In this document: piece after piece, positions 37,148-50,339 of the stretch
Numbering within the stretch: the first letter of the stretch is position 1
How the letters are laid out: every line of letters begins with the position of its first letter
From: Ginglymostoma cirratum
Lineage: Eukaryota
Reading direction: 5' to 3'
Length of the DNA: 64,000 bases
Assembly: GCA_024137785.1 (NCBI GenBank)
Contig: JAHRHZ010000032.1
Location: 3,312,795-3,376,794 of the forward strand
Program-made: the position numbers and the translations under genes
The notes under the pieces: model-generated
What the model was told of the DNA's origin: nothing
Databases searched by the model: none
Seen by the model: only the letters and a program-made list of their open reading frames with translations

Positions 37148-37677
37148 GAGTGGAGTCGCTCAGCACTAATTTTTTTTAAAAAGGAGCTGAAAGGGAAAGG
37201 GAAACTACAATGCAGTACTCGTTGATGCACTATAATCGGTTACATATATGTTTAGAAGATTCGGAGCTTCTGAATCCAAATGACAAATTTTGAAACTAAA
37301 TTTAGTAAATCAGATAATCGGTGAGCTGAAAGCTGCTGGAATAAAAAGGGAACCAAAAACAGGTTCTTTAAAGCGCATTGATGTCTTTAGGGAAGGAAGT
37401 CTGCTACATGTACCCATTGCCAGATTTTCAGATAGATATTTAATGTTTTCACTTAAGGAATTTTATTTTGGCTCACTGCTAGAAAACAGAACAAGGGGGT
37501 GGGGGGAGAAATATCATTTAACCCAGGAGCAATGACTCCACCATCAGACCAAGCCAAACTTAGTAAGCAAGTTCCTACTGCCACTGCAAAAATATCTTAA
37601 TTAAAAAGAGAATCAGTGCATTCTGAAGAAAAGGTACAACATGACCATCAGCAAGAATGATCTATCATCATTGTCAG

Positions 37678-38460
37678 AATTTAGATAAATGTAAGCTGCT
37701 GCGTTTTGGAAAGGCAAATCAGGGCAGGACTTATACACTTAGTGGTAGGGTCTCAGCGAGTGCTGCTGAACAGAGGCACCTTAGAGTGCAGATTCATAGT
37801 TCCTTGAAAGTGGTGTCACAGGTAGATCGGATAGGGAAGGCAGCGTTTGGTATGCTTGCCTTTATGGGTTAATGCATTGAGTATAGGAGTTGAGAGGTCA
37901 TGTTGCAGCTGTACAGGACATTGATTAGGCCACTTTTGAAGTATTGCATGCATTTCTGGTCTCCCTGCTATAGGAAGGATGTTGTGAAATTTGAAAGGAT
38001 TCAGAAAAGATTTACGAGGATGTTAACAGGGTTGGAGGGTTTGAGCTATACGGAGAGACTGAACAGGCTGGGGCTATTTTCCCTGGAGCGTGGGAGGCTA
38101 AGGGGTGACCTTATAGTGGTTTATAAAGTCATGAGGGTCATGGAGAGGGTAAATGGGGTGAGGGAGTCCAAAACTAGGTTAAAGGTGAGAGGGGAAAAAT
38201 ACAAAAGGGACCTAAGGGACAACTGTTTTACACAGAGGGTGGTGTGTGTATGGAATGAGCTGCCAGAGGAAGTGGTGGAGGCTGGTATGATTACAACATT
38301 TAAAGGCATTCAGAGGGGTATATGAATAGGAAGGGTTTAAAGGAATATGGGCCAAATGCTGGAAAACAGGACCAGATATATATCGGATATCTGGTTGGCG
38401 CACACGAGTTGGATCGAAGGGTCTGTTTCCATGCTTTATATCTCTATGACTCTATGACTT
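37678..38460 (+). mobile_element. CR1 LINE 3' end (relatively young)
   Basis: ORF 37900-38325 LYRTLIRPLLKYCMHFWSP...RLRGDLIVVYK is the CR1 ORF2 C-terminus; ends in the tandem tail ctatgactctatgact. Confidence 0.9.
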
Positions 38461-38842
38461 TAAATCATTTTTAAAAAGCAGCCAGTTAATCTCAGAATGT
38501 GCCTTCAACAGGAGATAAGGAAACCAGTGCAAGGGTTACCTACTTCACCTTTTCCTTGCCATCCTATTTTTATACTGATAAACATAGATATGGTTGGAAT
38601 AATGTCTGCACAGTATTTATTAAGTCTTGTCTTATGAGAAGACAGTCATTATGGCATGTTGCATTATTAATTTGAATAGGGTTGAAAACAGGTGCAGCAC
38701 CCAAAATGGGCCATGATCAGCAAAGGTACTGTATATCACAATATGTAATTTTATGGCTCCACTTCCAAAAAGCTAGAAGCCCAAATGAAAGTTTAATTGA
38801 CAGTACATAAAAATATGGTCAGGGCTTAACAGCAAGCACATA

Positions 38843-39335
38843 ATCATAGAGTCATAGAGCATGGAAACAGACCCGTGGGTCCAACAAGTCCATGCTGGAC
38901 ATAATCCTGAACTAAACTAGTCCCACCCACCTACTCCTGGCCGATATCCCTCCAAACCTTTTCTATTCACATACTTACCTAAGTGTCTTTTAAACATTGT
39001 AACTGTATCCACACCCACCACTTCCCAGGAAGTTCATTGTGAACTACCCTGAGTAAAAAAACTGCCCATCATGTCTTTTTTAAAATCTCTTTCCTCCCAC
39101 CTTAATACTATGCTGACTAGTCATGAAATTCCCATATTCTAGGGAAGAGACACCCACCAATAACTCTATCTATACCCCACATGATTTTATAAAACTCTAT
39201 AAGGTTACCTCTCAACCTTCTATGCTTCAGTGATAAATGTCCCAGCCTATCCAACCTTTCTTTATAACTCAAATCATTCATACCCAGCAACATCCTGGTA
39301 AATCTCTTCTGAACCCTTTCTGGCTTAATAATATC
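38843..39335 (-). mobile_element. CR1 LINE 3' end
   Basis: ERVQKRFTRMLLGM...RRLRGNLIEFYKIM; tail reads tcatagagtcatagag on the + strand. Confidence 0.88.
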
Positions 39336-40280
39336 CACTAAACTAGGAAAAGCTACACCACAGGTTATTGGGTTTGAAGTGTTTGCAAGCAAGTGTTAAT
39401 TACGTTCAAGATGGAAGGCAGAGAGTTGGGAGTAAAGGGTAGATATTCAGAATGGGTGGAAAGTAGTGCACCACTTAGATCAGTGTGAGACCACTGCTGT
39501 GCACAATTTCCATAAACAATTTGGACTTTGGAATAAAGAAACACAACCTTTACATTTGAAATTCTACTAAAAAGTGGGTTGGTGATTGGGAGAGTATGAT
39601 CAATGTCAAGGATTGCAATAAATTATTGGGGAACATTAGTAAATTTGCAGAATATGTAAGTAATTAACGAATGAAGTTCAACAAAGAGGTAGTACATTTT
39701 GATGGTTAAAAAGGGAGGTAATATATTAATTGGAAAGTAGTATGGGATAATAAACGGGATCTCAAGTGCAAATACACTAATCGCTAAAAATCACTCTAAA
39801 GTTTAACATAGCCATATAATAAACAAATAATGCACTCACTTCCATATAGAAAGAATTAAACATAGGGAAGTTATGACACACTTGTATCAAACCTTGGTTA
39901 GATTGCCCCCAGAATACTGGGTATAGTTCTGGTCACCATATTATGAAAAGAATATAGAAACACTGGAGAAGATTTAGAAGGAAATACCCAAAATGTGAGG
40001 TAATACAAATAAGGGAAGGGTGAACAGGATGAGGTTCTTTTGTCTTGAAAAAAAAAGTTCTTTGAAATTATGAAAGGGAGAATTCAATTTGGAGTTCAGC
40101 AGGAACATTTTTTTGAAGTAATGTGTGAGAAAGTGAAATTCACTACCTGAATGGAGGAGAAGCTAGATAAACAAATGTGGGAGCAGTGAATTTACAGTTA
40201 TAATCATATATTTAGATAAGGAAAGATGGATACTGACTCAAGTAGATATTAAATGGACTGGCTTGATCAAATATCCTATG
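39335..40280 (+). mobile_element. Old CR1 LINE fragment
   Basis: Degenerate RT and C-terminal motifs (aggcagagagttgggagtaaaggg; ttggttagattgccc; agttctggtcaccatatt). Confidence 0.6.
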
Positions 40281-40492
40281 TATTCTTTTTTATTCTACAA
40301 AGGTCCCCATCATTAGAGAAATAATTACTGGCAATTGCCAGCAACTTCAATTCACACTTTGTAATGTGTTTTGAGCCCACTGGACACAAAAGAAACATAT
40401 GGATTTGTTTGAGGTCTGTGCGAAATCTGCACAAGTAAGGCACTTTCCAGCACAGAGGTAACAGACATCCAGCTGACAAGGCAGAAAATTGT

Positions 40493-40632
40493 CTAAAATA
40501 GAACAAAGAAATGTGCATACTGGAAATCTGAAACAAAACAGAAATTGCTGGAGAAACATAGCATGTCTGGAAGCATCTGTGGAAAGAAATCAGAGTTCAT
40601 GTTTCAGGTGCAGTGAGCCTTCTCAGAACTGC
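40493..40632 (-). mobile_element. Degenerate family-B Penelope-like copy
   Basis: Minus strand agttctgagaaggctcactgcacctgaaacatgaactctg...ccagacatgctatgtttctccagcaatttctgttttgtttcagatttccag resembles 31271-31400. Confidence 0.6.
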
Positions 40633-40639
40633 GTTTCTG

Positions 40640-41440
40640 TTCTTCCAGCCAAAGTGGTCAAGTTGCGACTTTCACATACTATGCTCCAGCTGCGACACTT
40701 TTTCCCCATTCAAAGCCTAAGTATGTGTCTTTGTGGACACATTTAATCCTTTTCACTACATACTTTTCTACTGATTATTGTTTTATCAGTAGACTTAGCT
40801 AAATCACCTGCTGTTCCTTCATCCAAGTCACTAAAAAAGCTCAGAAGTTGTTGAGACCCCAGAAATGATCTCTGTGGCACTCTATTGCGGATTGACAATA
40901 TGAACCTGAAAATGAACCATTTATCCTGATTATGTTTCCTGTTCATTAGCCAATCCACTTTCTGCATTAATTTTTAATGATGGCACCATGGATTCTTATC
41001 TTATGCAGTAACCATTTATGTGGAATCTTGACAAACATCTGTTGGAAATCCAAATAAATAAACCTACTGGCTCAGTTTATTCACATTGCTTGTTAGGTCC
41101 TCAAAGAACACCAGCAAATTTGTCAAACACAACTTTCCTTTCACGAAAGTCTAATGGCACTGCTTGAGTGTGTTATGATTTTCTAAATGTCATACTAATA
41201 CCTCCTTAATAATGGATTCTAGTATTTTCCCAATGAAGAATGACAGACTAATTGGCCTGCAATTTCCTGCTTTCTTCTCCCTCCTTTTGACAAAAGTGGC
41301 ATTACATTTGCAGTTTTCCAATCTGATGGAAGCTTTCTAGAATCCCAGGAACTTTGGAAGATTACAATACATCAATAATCTTTGTAGCCACTTCCTTCAA
41401 GAGCCCAAGATGCAGGTCATTAGGTCCCAAAGACTTATTA
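40640..41440 (-). mobile_element. Old CR1 LINE RT fragment
   Basis: ORF 40743-40967 contains RVPQRSFLG...SDLDEG...KSTDKT, a decayed VPQGSVLGP / FADDT region. Confidence 0.65.
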
Positions 41441-41494
41441 ATGTTAATCTGAAAACAAAATGTTAGGAAAATTATTCTGTAGTGATTGATTATT

Positions 41495-42290
41495 TTGATT
41501 TGGTTTGATTTTATTTATTGCATCACATGCACCTAAGTACAGTGAAAAGATTTGTTCTGCAAGCAATACTGGCAGATCATAGCAAACAAGGACATACAGA
41601 TCATGGTTTGCCTAGACAGAGTGAGGCATACAATGTTACGGCTGCACAGGCTGTGTGCAAAGTGAGATTAACATTAGCTAGATCAACATTATTTATAGTC
41701 AGAGAGGTCAATTCAGCAGTCTAAGAATGGCAGGGAAGAAGCTGTTCTTGAACCTGTTGGTGCATGTGTTCAATTTTCTGTATCTTCTGTCTGATGGAAG
41801 AGGTTGGAAGAGAGCATTACCAGGGTGGGACGGGTCTTTCATGATGTTGGCAGCCTTCCTGCAGCAACAAGAAATGTAAATGGAGTCCATGGATGGGAGG
41901 TTGATTTCTATGATTGTCTGGGCTGTGCACACAACCTTCTGTAGCTTATTGTGGTCAGAGTAGTTGCTGTACCAAGCTGTTATGCACCTCGATAGAATGA
42001 TTTCTATGGTACATCTGTAAAAGTTAGTGAGGATCCTTACAGATATGTTGAATTTCCTAAGCCACCTGAGGAAGAAGAGGCGTTGTTGTGCTTCTTGACC
42101 ACTGCATCTACGTGGGAGGCCCAAGACAGATTGTTGGTTATCTTCACTCCGAGGAACTAGACACTCTCGACCTTCTCCACCTCAGCTCTGTTGACGTAGA
42201 TGGGGATGTGTCCTCCCTTCTTCCTGAAGTCAATGATCAGTTCTTTTGCTTTGCAGACATTGAGTGAGGCTGTCATCATTGCACCACCAT
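41495..42290 (-). mobile_element. Rex1/Babar-clade LINE 3' fragment
   Basis: ORF 41708-42124 AQQRLFFLRWLRKF...NFYRCTIE...KDPSHPG...LPSDRRYR...RFKNSFFP is the typical Rex1/Babar ORF C-terminus. Confidence 0.85.
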
Positions 42291-43079
42291 TGTTTCATGT
42301 CTTTTGGTTTTCTGCTATTCTTGAGATACTTTGAGCTTTCAGAAGTCAGATACAAAATATTTTTTCAAGGTCTCTGCAACTTCCTTGTTTCCCACTACTA
42401 ATTCTTCAGGCTCACTCTCTGAGGAACCAATCCTTGATTTAGATACAGTCTTCTTTTTCAAATACATGCAAAAGCTTTTACTGTCTGCTTTTACATATTT
42501 TTGCTAGAGGAACTTCTTAGGGAACCATTCTCAGTTTAACCTTCCTCTTTGAGCTGGGTACAGTTTTGTCAAATATTGCATAATACTTACCATATGTAAA
42601 TTGTATGAAGATATAAAGCATTAGTAAAGTTGGTTATTTTCTCAAATGACATTACCAAATGATTTGGAAAGTATATTCTACATAACATCAAGTCACTCAG
42701 CATTTGTAAAGAAAATACAGGCTGAGACACTTTGGAATGTACTGCTTCAGAGTGAACCTATTAATTGCATATTTCCCAATATTTTCTGATTATATTTCAG
42801 AACCCCTACATTTATTAATTTACTTCATAATTTAATCTGATACTTACTAATATTAAATAATGTTTTTTTCATTACTGCAAGGACTCAAAGCATGAGCATA
42901 ACCTGTCACATACAAATCTCAGTGTTAATTATACCCCTAAACAGCAATACTCTGAAAAAAAAAGCTCTAATGTGATCTTTGAAAGGTAAGAGGGAAGGTA
43001 GAAAAGACTTTAAAAAGGACAAATGGTGTTTTGAGCTATTTACACCATAATATCGAACATTAAAACAAAGAAATTATGT

Positions 43080-43625
43080 TTACTGTGCACAGAATAGTGG
43101 TGAGACCACAGTTGAACTGCTGCCTGCAGCATAAATGGGACCCCCCACCATGTAGGAAGGATATGGGAGGAGCACTGAGAACATTCATTAAAATGATACG
43201 TTAAATGAAAGAGTAATATTGTGAAGAAGTGTTTTTTAAATCTAAATTTCAAATGTAACAGAGGGGGTTTGCAAAGTTTGCTTATGAGATCACAAAAAGT
43301 AATTGACTGTTTTCATGGGATCTTGCATCATTAGCAAAGGAATCCTAGCTTGAGACAGCCACCAGAAGAACCAAAGTGGAAGCTAGAAGAATGTTCTTCT
43401 ACAAAGAGGATTGATAGAATATGGAATGCTTTATATGGCAAGTAGCCCTTGAGGTAGAAACTATATCATTTAAAAGGAAATTGGATAAATACTTGAAAAG
43501 GAAGAATATTAAAGGATAGAGAAATGGGAGGGAAATTAGATTAGACAGCTCCAGATGCGTAGCTTGGATCGACCTATGCACAATGGGCCGAACAACCCCC
43601 TGCTGCGCTGTTCATTCTGCAATAT
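43080..43625 (+). mobile_element. Old CR1 LINE 3' fragment
   Basis: Degenerate tail atcatttaaaaggaaattggataaatacttgaaaagg...atgggccgaac. Confidence 0.6.
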
Positions 43626-44507
43626 GAGAGCATTTCATACAAGTTTAAAACCAGTAATAGCACCATAACTTATTGCAATATTACTGTGACAAAATTAATA
43701 GATCTTGGTATAACTTCTGGGTCAGTACTACAGCTTAAATTCTATCTGCACACTGACTCGAATTTTAACAGCTAGCTAAAACTAAACTCAAATTGGGCAG
43801 CTCTGACATAATGTTGTAAAGATTACTGTGTTTGCTCTGTTAACAGGCTTTAAGGAAGTCCAAGCCACAATTGTTAAATACATTTATAGATTTTGAGATT
43901 GGGGCATCTCACTTACAATTCATTTTGGAATCTTAATGACTTCAAGTAGTCCTCGATTAACACAGTTATGAAAATCACCGCAATAAGTGGAACTGCATTA
44001 TTCAAAACATATATTCCCATAGAAACCCATGTAAGTGTTTGGATTATGGTTCCAGAATGTCAAACAAGAACAGAATACAAGCACAAAGTTAAGAGAATAC
44101 ACCCAAATAGGCATGAAATTATGGAAAAAAAAATATTTTAACATGCCTTGCCTCATATATAAGATTGCCTATCTGGAGATGGAAGGCTGTGAATCTTCAT
44201 TCAATTCATCTACTGCTTCAAAACTTGAAGTTTGAGGATCATCAGACTGCTCTTTTGTTTAGAGGCAGAGGGTTGACTGTCCTTAGGGACATTTTGAAAA
44301 ATGCATCCAGCTATAATTGAGGCTGGCAATGATCAAAATGAGCTGAACAAACAGGACGTGCCCAGGAATGCCCAGTTTTGGCATGCAGTTATTTCTCCAC
44401 ATGGCTGGGAGTTGGGCAAGAACCACACAATTGCAAATCAGGCATGTATTATTGGAATCATGCAAAATAAAGTAAAAACCATGTTCTGGTAAAAGCATAT
44501 TTATCAA

Positions 44508-45220
44508 ACATAGAGTCATAGTGTGATATGGTACAGAAACAATCAGTCTATGCTGACCATAATCCCAAACTAAACTAATCCCACCTGCCTGCTCCTGGCC
44601 CTTATCCCTCTATCCAAGAGTCTTTTAAATATTGTAATTGTACCCACATTCACCACTTCCTCAGGAAGTACATTCCACGTGCGGACCATCTTCTGTGTAA
44701 AAAATTTGCCCCCATGTCTTTTTTTAAATCTCTCCTTTCACCTTAAAAATGTGCCCCTAGTCTTGAAATCCCCCCTCCTAGGGAAAGACAACTACCATTA
44801 CCTCTATCTATACCGCTCATTAGTTTATAAACTTCCATCAGTTTGCCTCACAATCTCCTGCACTCCAGTGAAAAAAATCCCAGCCTATCAAGCCTTTCTT
44901 TATACCTCAAACCTTCCATACCTGGCAAATCTCTTCTGAGCCCTCTCCATCTTGATAATATCTTTCCTATAACTGGGCGACCAAAACTGGACACACTGTT
45001 CCAGAAGAGGCCTCACCAATGTCCTGTACAACCTCAATATGACTTCCCAACTCCTTTACTCAAAGGACTGAGTAATGAAGTCAAGCGTGCCAAATACCTT
45101 TTTAACCACCCTGTCTATATGTGATGCAAACTTCAAAGAATTGTGTAATTGCACCCCTAGGTCCCTCTCTTCTATAACACTACCCAAGGTTCTACCGTTA
45201 ATTGTCTAAGCCCTACCCTG
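44508..45220 (-). mobile_element. CR1 LINE 3' end
   Basis: catagagtcatag tail on the + strand; strong similarity to 38843-39335. Confidence 0.85.
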
Positions 45221-45795
45221 GATAAGCTATATTAAAAAAACATTATTAAGAGATTTATACTTTAGAATCAAGCTGTATTTAATGGAATGTAATGAATAAA
45301 TACAAGCAGGGTGTATGATGTGTGGCTGACCTTAACCCATCAGATTTCCACATGTGCCCAAGTTAAAATATAGTTCATTAAATCCAAAGACGTCCTTAAC
45401 AGCGTGTTAAAAATATCAGATCAATCATGAGCTTCTGCAAAAGTCCAGTGAGTCAGTTCTTTAAAACTACAAAGAAACAACTGGTGGCAGTTTGAAAAGC
45501 ATAAACAACTTGAAATTCCTGGATGAAAAGCATTGCGTATTTTAATGTTGTCTATGGAAGTTGAGTTTGGCTTACATATGCACAGCTGGAATTGCAATGG
45601 AGCTATCCTGATCTCCCATCAGAAATTCAATGGAAAATTGAGGAAACCTTGAGAAAAATGGCAGATACATTTCCATCATTGTTGGGCATTATTGATACAC
45701 TGGAACAGTATGGTTGGAGAAATGACAAATTCTGCTACATAGGTGTTTTGCATCACGGGAAGATGTTGATAGGGCCAACAGTTGTTGTTGAGTTT

Positions 45796-46420
45796 TGTGG
45801 GATCATGTCCAAAGAAACAGACAATCGAGATCAGTGAGTGTCAAAAATAGCTTCTTTATTGTACGTTCACAGCAGGACAATGTGAGGCGAAAATAGAATC
45901 CAAAATCATAGCTCAAAAGTAGCCTCTTTCATACATAGTTTGTGTATACATCAACATTCTAACACTTGAGTGCTAATTAGTGGCAATCGTACAGAAATCA
46001 GTCCTGCAGGAAATCAGAGGTGGTTTAAACACTTGCCAAGTGTTGGTGGTTATTCTAATGAGATTAGAGTGGCTGTCTGGTTTGTCCTTGCATAATTCAA
46101 AAGGCATTAGCCCTGTTATCTCCAAAGTTAAAATGTTGGCAAAAATGTATCTGTGTGCTAAATAAAAATTTGGATTTCTATTAGTCGTGGATTTCTATGA
46201 CTTTTGCTTACTATCACCTATTCATTCAGTTTCACAGTCGCTTCTGTCTCTGAGTTCTGTTTACTACCACTCATTCATTCATTCAGTTTCACAGTCGCGT
46301 CTGTTATAGTAGCGCTCTCAGTTTCATTCATACTTTCATGAATTCAAAGTCCTGCGGTGCTGGTCATAGCGTTGTTAGTATTATAGGTAGGTTAAAGTTT
46401 GCTTACATACATGACATTGA
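45796..46420 (-). mobile_element. LTR-like segment
   Basis: Minus strand ends ...AATAAAgaagct...catgatcccaCA. Internal 28-bp direct repeat at 46220-46247 and 46277-46304 (one mismatch), as in U3 enhancers. No second LTR, PPT or TSD confirmed. Confidence 0.45.
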
Positions 46421-48720
46421 ATAAAAACCTAAGGCAGGATAAATCCTGTCACCTACAAATTATAACATGCTTAATCTAATACCCGTCACAATACAATAAA
46501 GTGCAAAAAAGTGACAATTTGCTTTTAAAGAAGAGATCTAATCCAATTATTATCTTTGAATGATTCTTGGAGCCACACTGGCTGGAAAGGGGTTTAGAGT
46601 AAGGGGTTTGGGGATCCCACCTATTCAAGGCTGGGTTTTCATGAGAAAAGCACTACTTTTGGTATGGAGGTCTAAAGATGTTTTATCTGGTGATATTTAT
46701 GCAGCCTTGTTAAATGAAGCCATGTACACAGCACGTTATGCATCACTGCACCTTTGAGTGGAATGTAACCTGTTATGGTAATACACTTTTGAGTCAGTTT
46801 GAATGGGGCAGTTAGTACACATAAGTCTGATTAATATTACATGTGATCGTGAACAGTGCTACATACAATCACGAATAATTATTAATAGATATGAATTACG
46901 ATATATCCTCATACCCTTACTACTGGAATCTACTATTGGCAACTCTGCAAGTAAGAACATTGGAGGCCAAAGACTTTCTACCACTTGGCCTTTAAGGATA
47001 AAAATAATTGGAATACCTTCAGCCTTGACTCTTGTGTTCACATGTTAGGCTTCACCATGATAGCTGATGGGAATGTTCACGGTTTCCCCCTCACTTGTTA
47101 GTTTCTTGGGCATCTACCAGCATTCTCAAACAAGACTGGTAAGGATAAAGAACTCAGCTCTCATTGGTTGATTGCTGTACAACTGAAGTGAAAAATCATC
47201 CATTATCTGAAGCACAGGAGTAATGTCAGTGCAGACCAAAGTAAGCAAAAGATTAGACGTAATGTTGGGCAGGCACATATAAACCATTCTGAAAGTAGCT
47301 TTATTTGAGTTTAGGCACACCTTTGTGGTTATCTCGAAGTCCATTCTCAATACATCACTAATGGAAAGAAACATCATTAGTATCCCATCCACCACCGTAC
47401 AGTCCACACATAATTACCAGAGGGAAGGCTGATATGTTCGCAAGAATTTATTGTGAAAAGCATCTCGTGGAAAATCATACTAGGCCTCCTCTCAATATCC
47501 ATAGTCATTCTTGTACAAAATACTATGACAACCATTATTCAACATAAAATTGCATCAACCTGAAAAGTCACCAATCTAACATGCAATTATGGTTGTGGTT
47601 AGCTATCTCCAAGAAAGCACGTTGTGCTGTTATTGCATTGTGTGTGGTCCGTAAAGCAATAGCAATTAAAGTGATGGCACAAGACAATGGTTGTAACACT
47701 CCATGATCCATTAAGCAATGTAATTTTGGAATGCTTACAAAATGAACTACTTTAAAACGGTACACATAAAACAAAAGCAGTCATGTAAAAATGCCTGTGG
47801 TACAAGTACTTCTTCACACGAGTTCCACCTCCATAAGGACAAGATGATTCATGGAAAAGATCTCAGATATTACAAGCTACACATATGTGCCTGCTGATGT
47901 GGTTTCTGGATCAGTGATTATACTTGCACTTACTTTTAAACCAGATGTGATTTCAATCAGAACAATTTCATTTGAATCACTTGAAGTGATAAGTATATAC
48001 AAGTTTATTACTTTTTCCTCTGGAGGTATATAAATCAATGAAACAAATGAAAGAAAGGACAAGAAGTGATTTCTGATAACCAACAACTCTCAAGTTTACT
48101 GGACTAGGTGGTTTATCTGCATCCTTGTGTAACTGTACTAGCTTACTTTGCAAAACAACCATGTTTAAATAATTATATGTACAATGTATCCCAAAGATTT
48201 ACCATGGACCATCCAGCATCTGAACATTTTGCAACTGGTGTTTTGCTAATCTGTAGTTTGGTTGGAACACATTGAAGTTGGAATTTAATGATATGAAATT
48301 GTAATGACTTTGGCAGTAGCTCTCATGCAGCTTTTTCCACAGTTTCTATTAATACATAGTTGAGAAAGTTGTTTGTTTTCAGAGCTGGGCAGAAATATGG
48401 TGCAATTATAAAATAAGTTATAGTATTTACCATACCACAGATCATCTTGGTTTGTGAAGCCAACTTGGCTAATGTTGAAAAATTAAAGTTCAAAGTGAAC
48501 CATCTGCATCGTGTTGGCTTTCTAAACTGGAATTCACTAGCCAACTTGGATAAATAGTCACGGAAAATATTAGATGTAAAGAATTCAGCAGAAATAGACA
48601 AAATCAGCAGCTACTCCAAAATGCCACACACCAGACCGACAACAGAAACAAATACTATGGAACCTTTGGTATCATGACACAGCAAACAAAGCTCATTAAG
48701 CTTGCATAAATGGTAAGTGC
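46420..48720 (-). pseudogene. Degenerate intronless Cys-rich coding relic, possibly ERV env/accessory
   Basis: Six minus-strand ORF pieces of 60-93 aa in about 1.8 kb, pairs of which share a frame (47407/47041; 48086/47774). A hydrophobic Cys-containing segment lies at about 48610-48700. Adjacent to the LTR-like segment. Confidence 0.3.
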
Positions 48721-50339
48721 TCACCAGCTATAGGAGTTGTGAGATGAATAGGAGGCTTACATATTTAATATACAGGAAAATCGAACAGTGACTGGTCTTG
48801 AGTAGAATTAGACAGCAGTTATTCTCAATTCACTTTTCTGGCATCATGGATTACTCATGGGCATGCATTAAAAAAAGGTTTACATTTACACAACATCCAT
48901 CACAACCCCAGGTTCTCCCAAACACTTAGCAATGACCACATTTCAAAAGTAATGCGCTAAACATCATCAAGGGAACACAGGGCAAGTATATTTTCCAAAG
49001 TTCCCATTAATATATGTGTATTAGAAGTTCCAATTGCAAATAAAACTTGTCCTCATTTAAATTTATCCACAAGTGATAAACAAGCACAAAGGTGTCCTGA
49101 TAGCATGAGATCAATAATTTTACCATTTTTCAAATACATGTACTGCTGAGCATTCCATTTTCTTGCCAGTAAGAGATCAATTGAGTTTAACACTTCAGTC
49201 CTTAAATACACTGCATAGCAGAGATGCAATGATCAGAAACCAGAAAAATCACAACTTTTAAGTCTACATCTCAACTGTACAGATGGTACAATAGGCCTCA
49301 CACCCAGCAATCAAAAGAAGAGTAGAGAGGTAAAAGAGAACAGGAGAAAAATAATCAGTTAGGTTTACCTGATCTTGATCAATATTTAAAAAAGGACATT
49401 AGATGAGGACAGCATTGGACCATGCTGATTTAATCCTCTTCCTCCTTTAACAGAGAAGGCTGAATTCAAATTTTAGGTTCATCTATAAAGGTATAGCAGA
49501 TCATCCATGAATAGTATTCCAGCACAGTTGGGGAGATCATTTAAGAATAAAACACATTTTTAATTCTGCTGCATGAGATTTGCCTTTCCTAACACAAAAT
49601 AGCTAATTTATAACAAGTTCACAGTCTTTCTGTTTACTATCTCCTGTTTGATTAGGCTCCTTGGACTATTTATGAGAACACATGCTACAGGCTACTCATG
49701 CTTTCACTTTAATCAACAGAGAAATTAGGCCAGTATTGGACATAATGTAGTATCTAAAACATATCACAGGCGTGTTAATGATACATGTAAGTATTTGGAT
49801 TTTACTGGTTTTCATTCCAAATACCACTTCTGTTTTTCAATGAAAATGTGCACATTTAGCAACAATAATTATTTATTTTGCTGACAAAGTGGAAATGGTC
49901 TTCAGAGAAATGTTAAATTTTCATAATGATTTTCCAATTATTTTAGGTTCATCTCTCTTTCCATCTGAGGGCAGGCAATTTACTCTCATCCCCTGTGGGT
50001 TTCAGTTGGCAGGCAGGAAGTATAAAGGAGTATTCCAGGGTATATTCCTCAAAATTTCCTTTTCTCCGTGCCAAGGCTCAGATGCACATCACCTCCCAGT
50101 GTCACAGTAAACCAAGGAAATGCAGGCAAATTAATCACAAGCTGCATTCTCTACGCAAAAGGTTCAGAGACATTACTTAACCAATGCGGTGGCAAAACCT
50201 TTCTCCTCTTGAAATCTGGGAGCAAATCCAAACTCGATAAAATGAAAACTTTTCATCCCTGACATAGGAAGTAGCAGGCACAGCATTTAGGCCATTATAT
50301 TTTTCATTGGGACATCAGTTCTAATCCAATTAGGCGACA

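Noticed and set aside
46750-47200. ZP-domain-like words (FSLQLY, ECW, SKVYYH) in the degenerate coding relic
   Set aside because: The spacing and cysteine pattern could not be made consistent by eye; too weak to assign.
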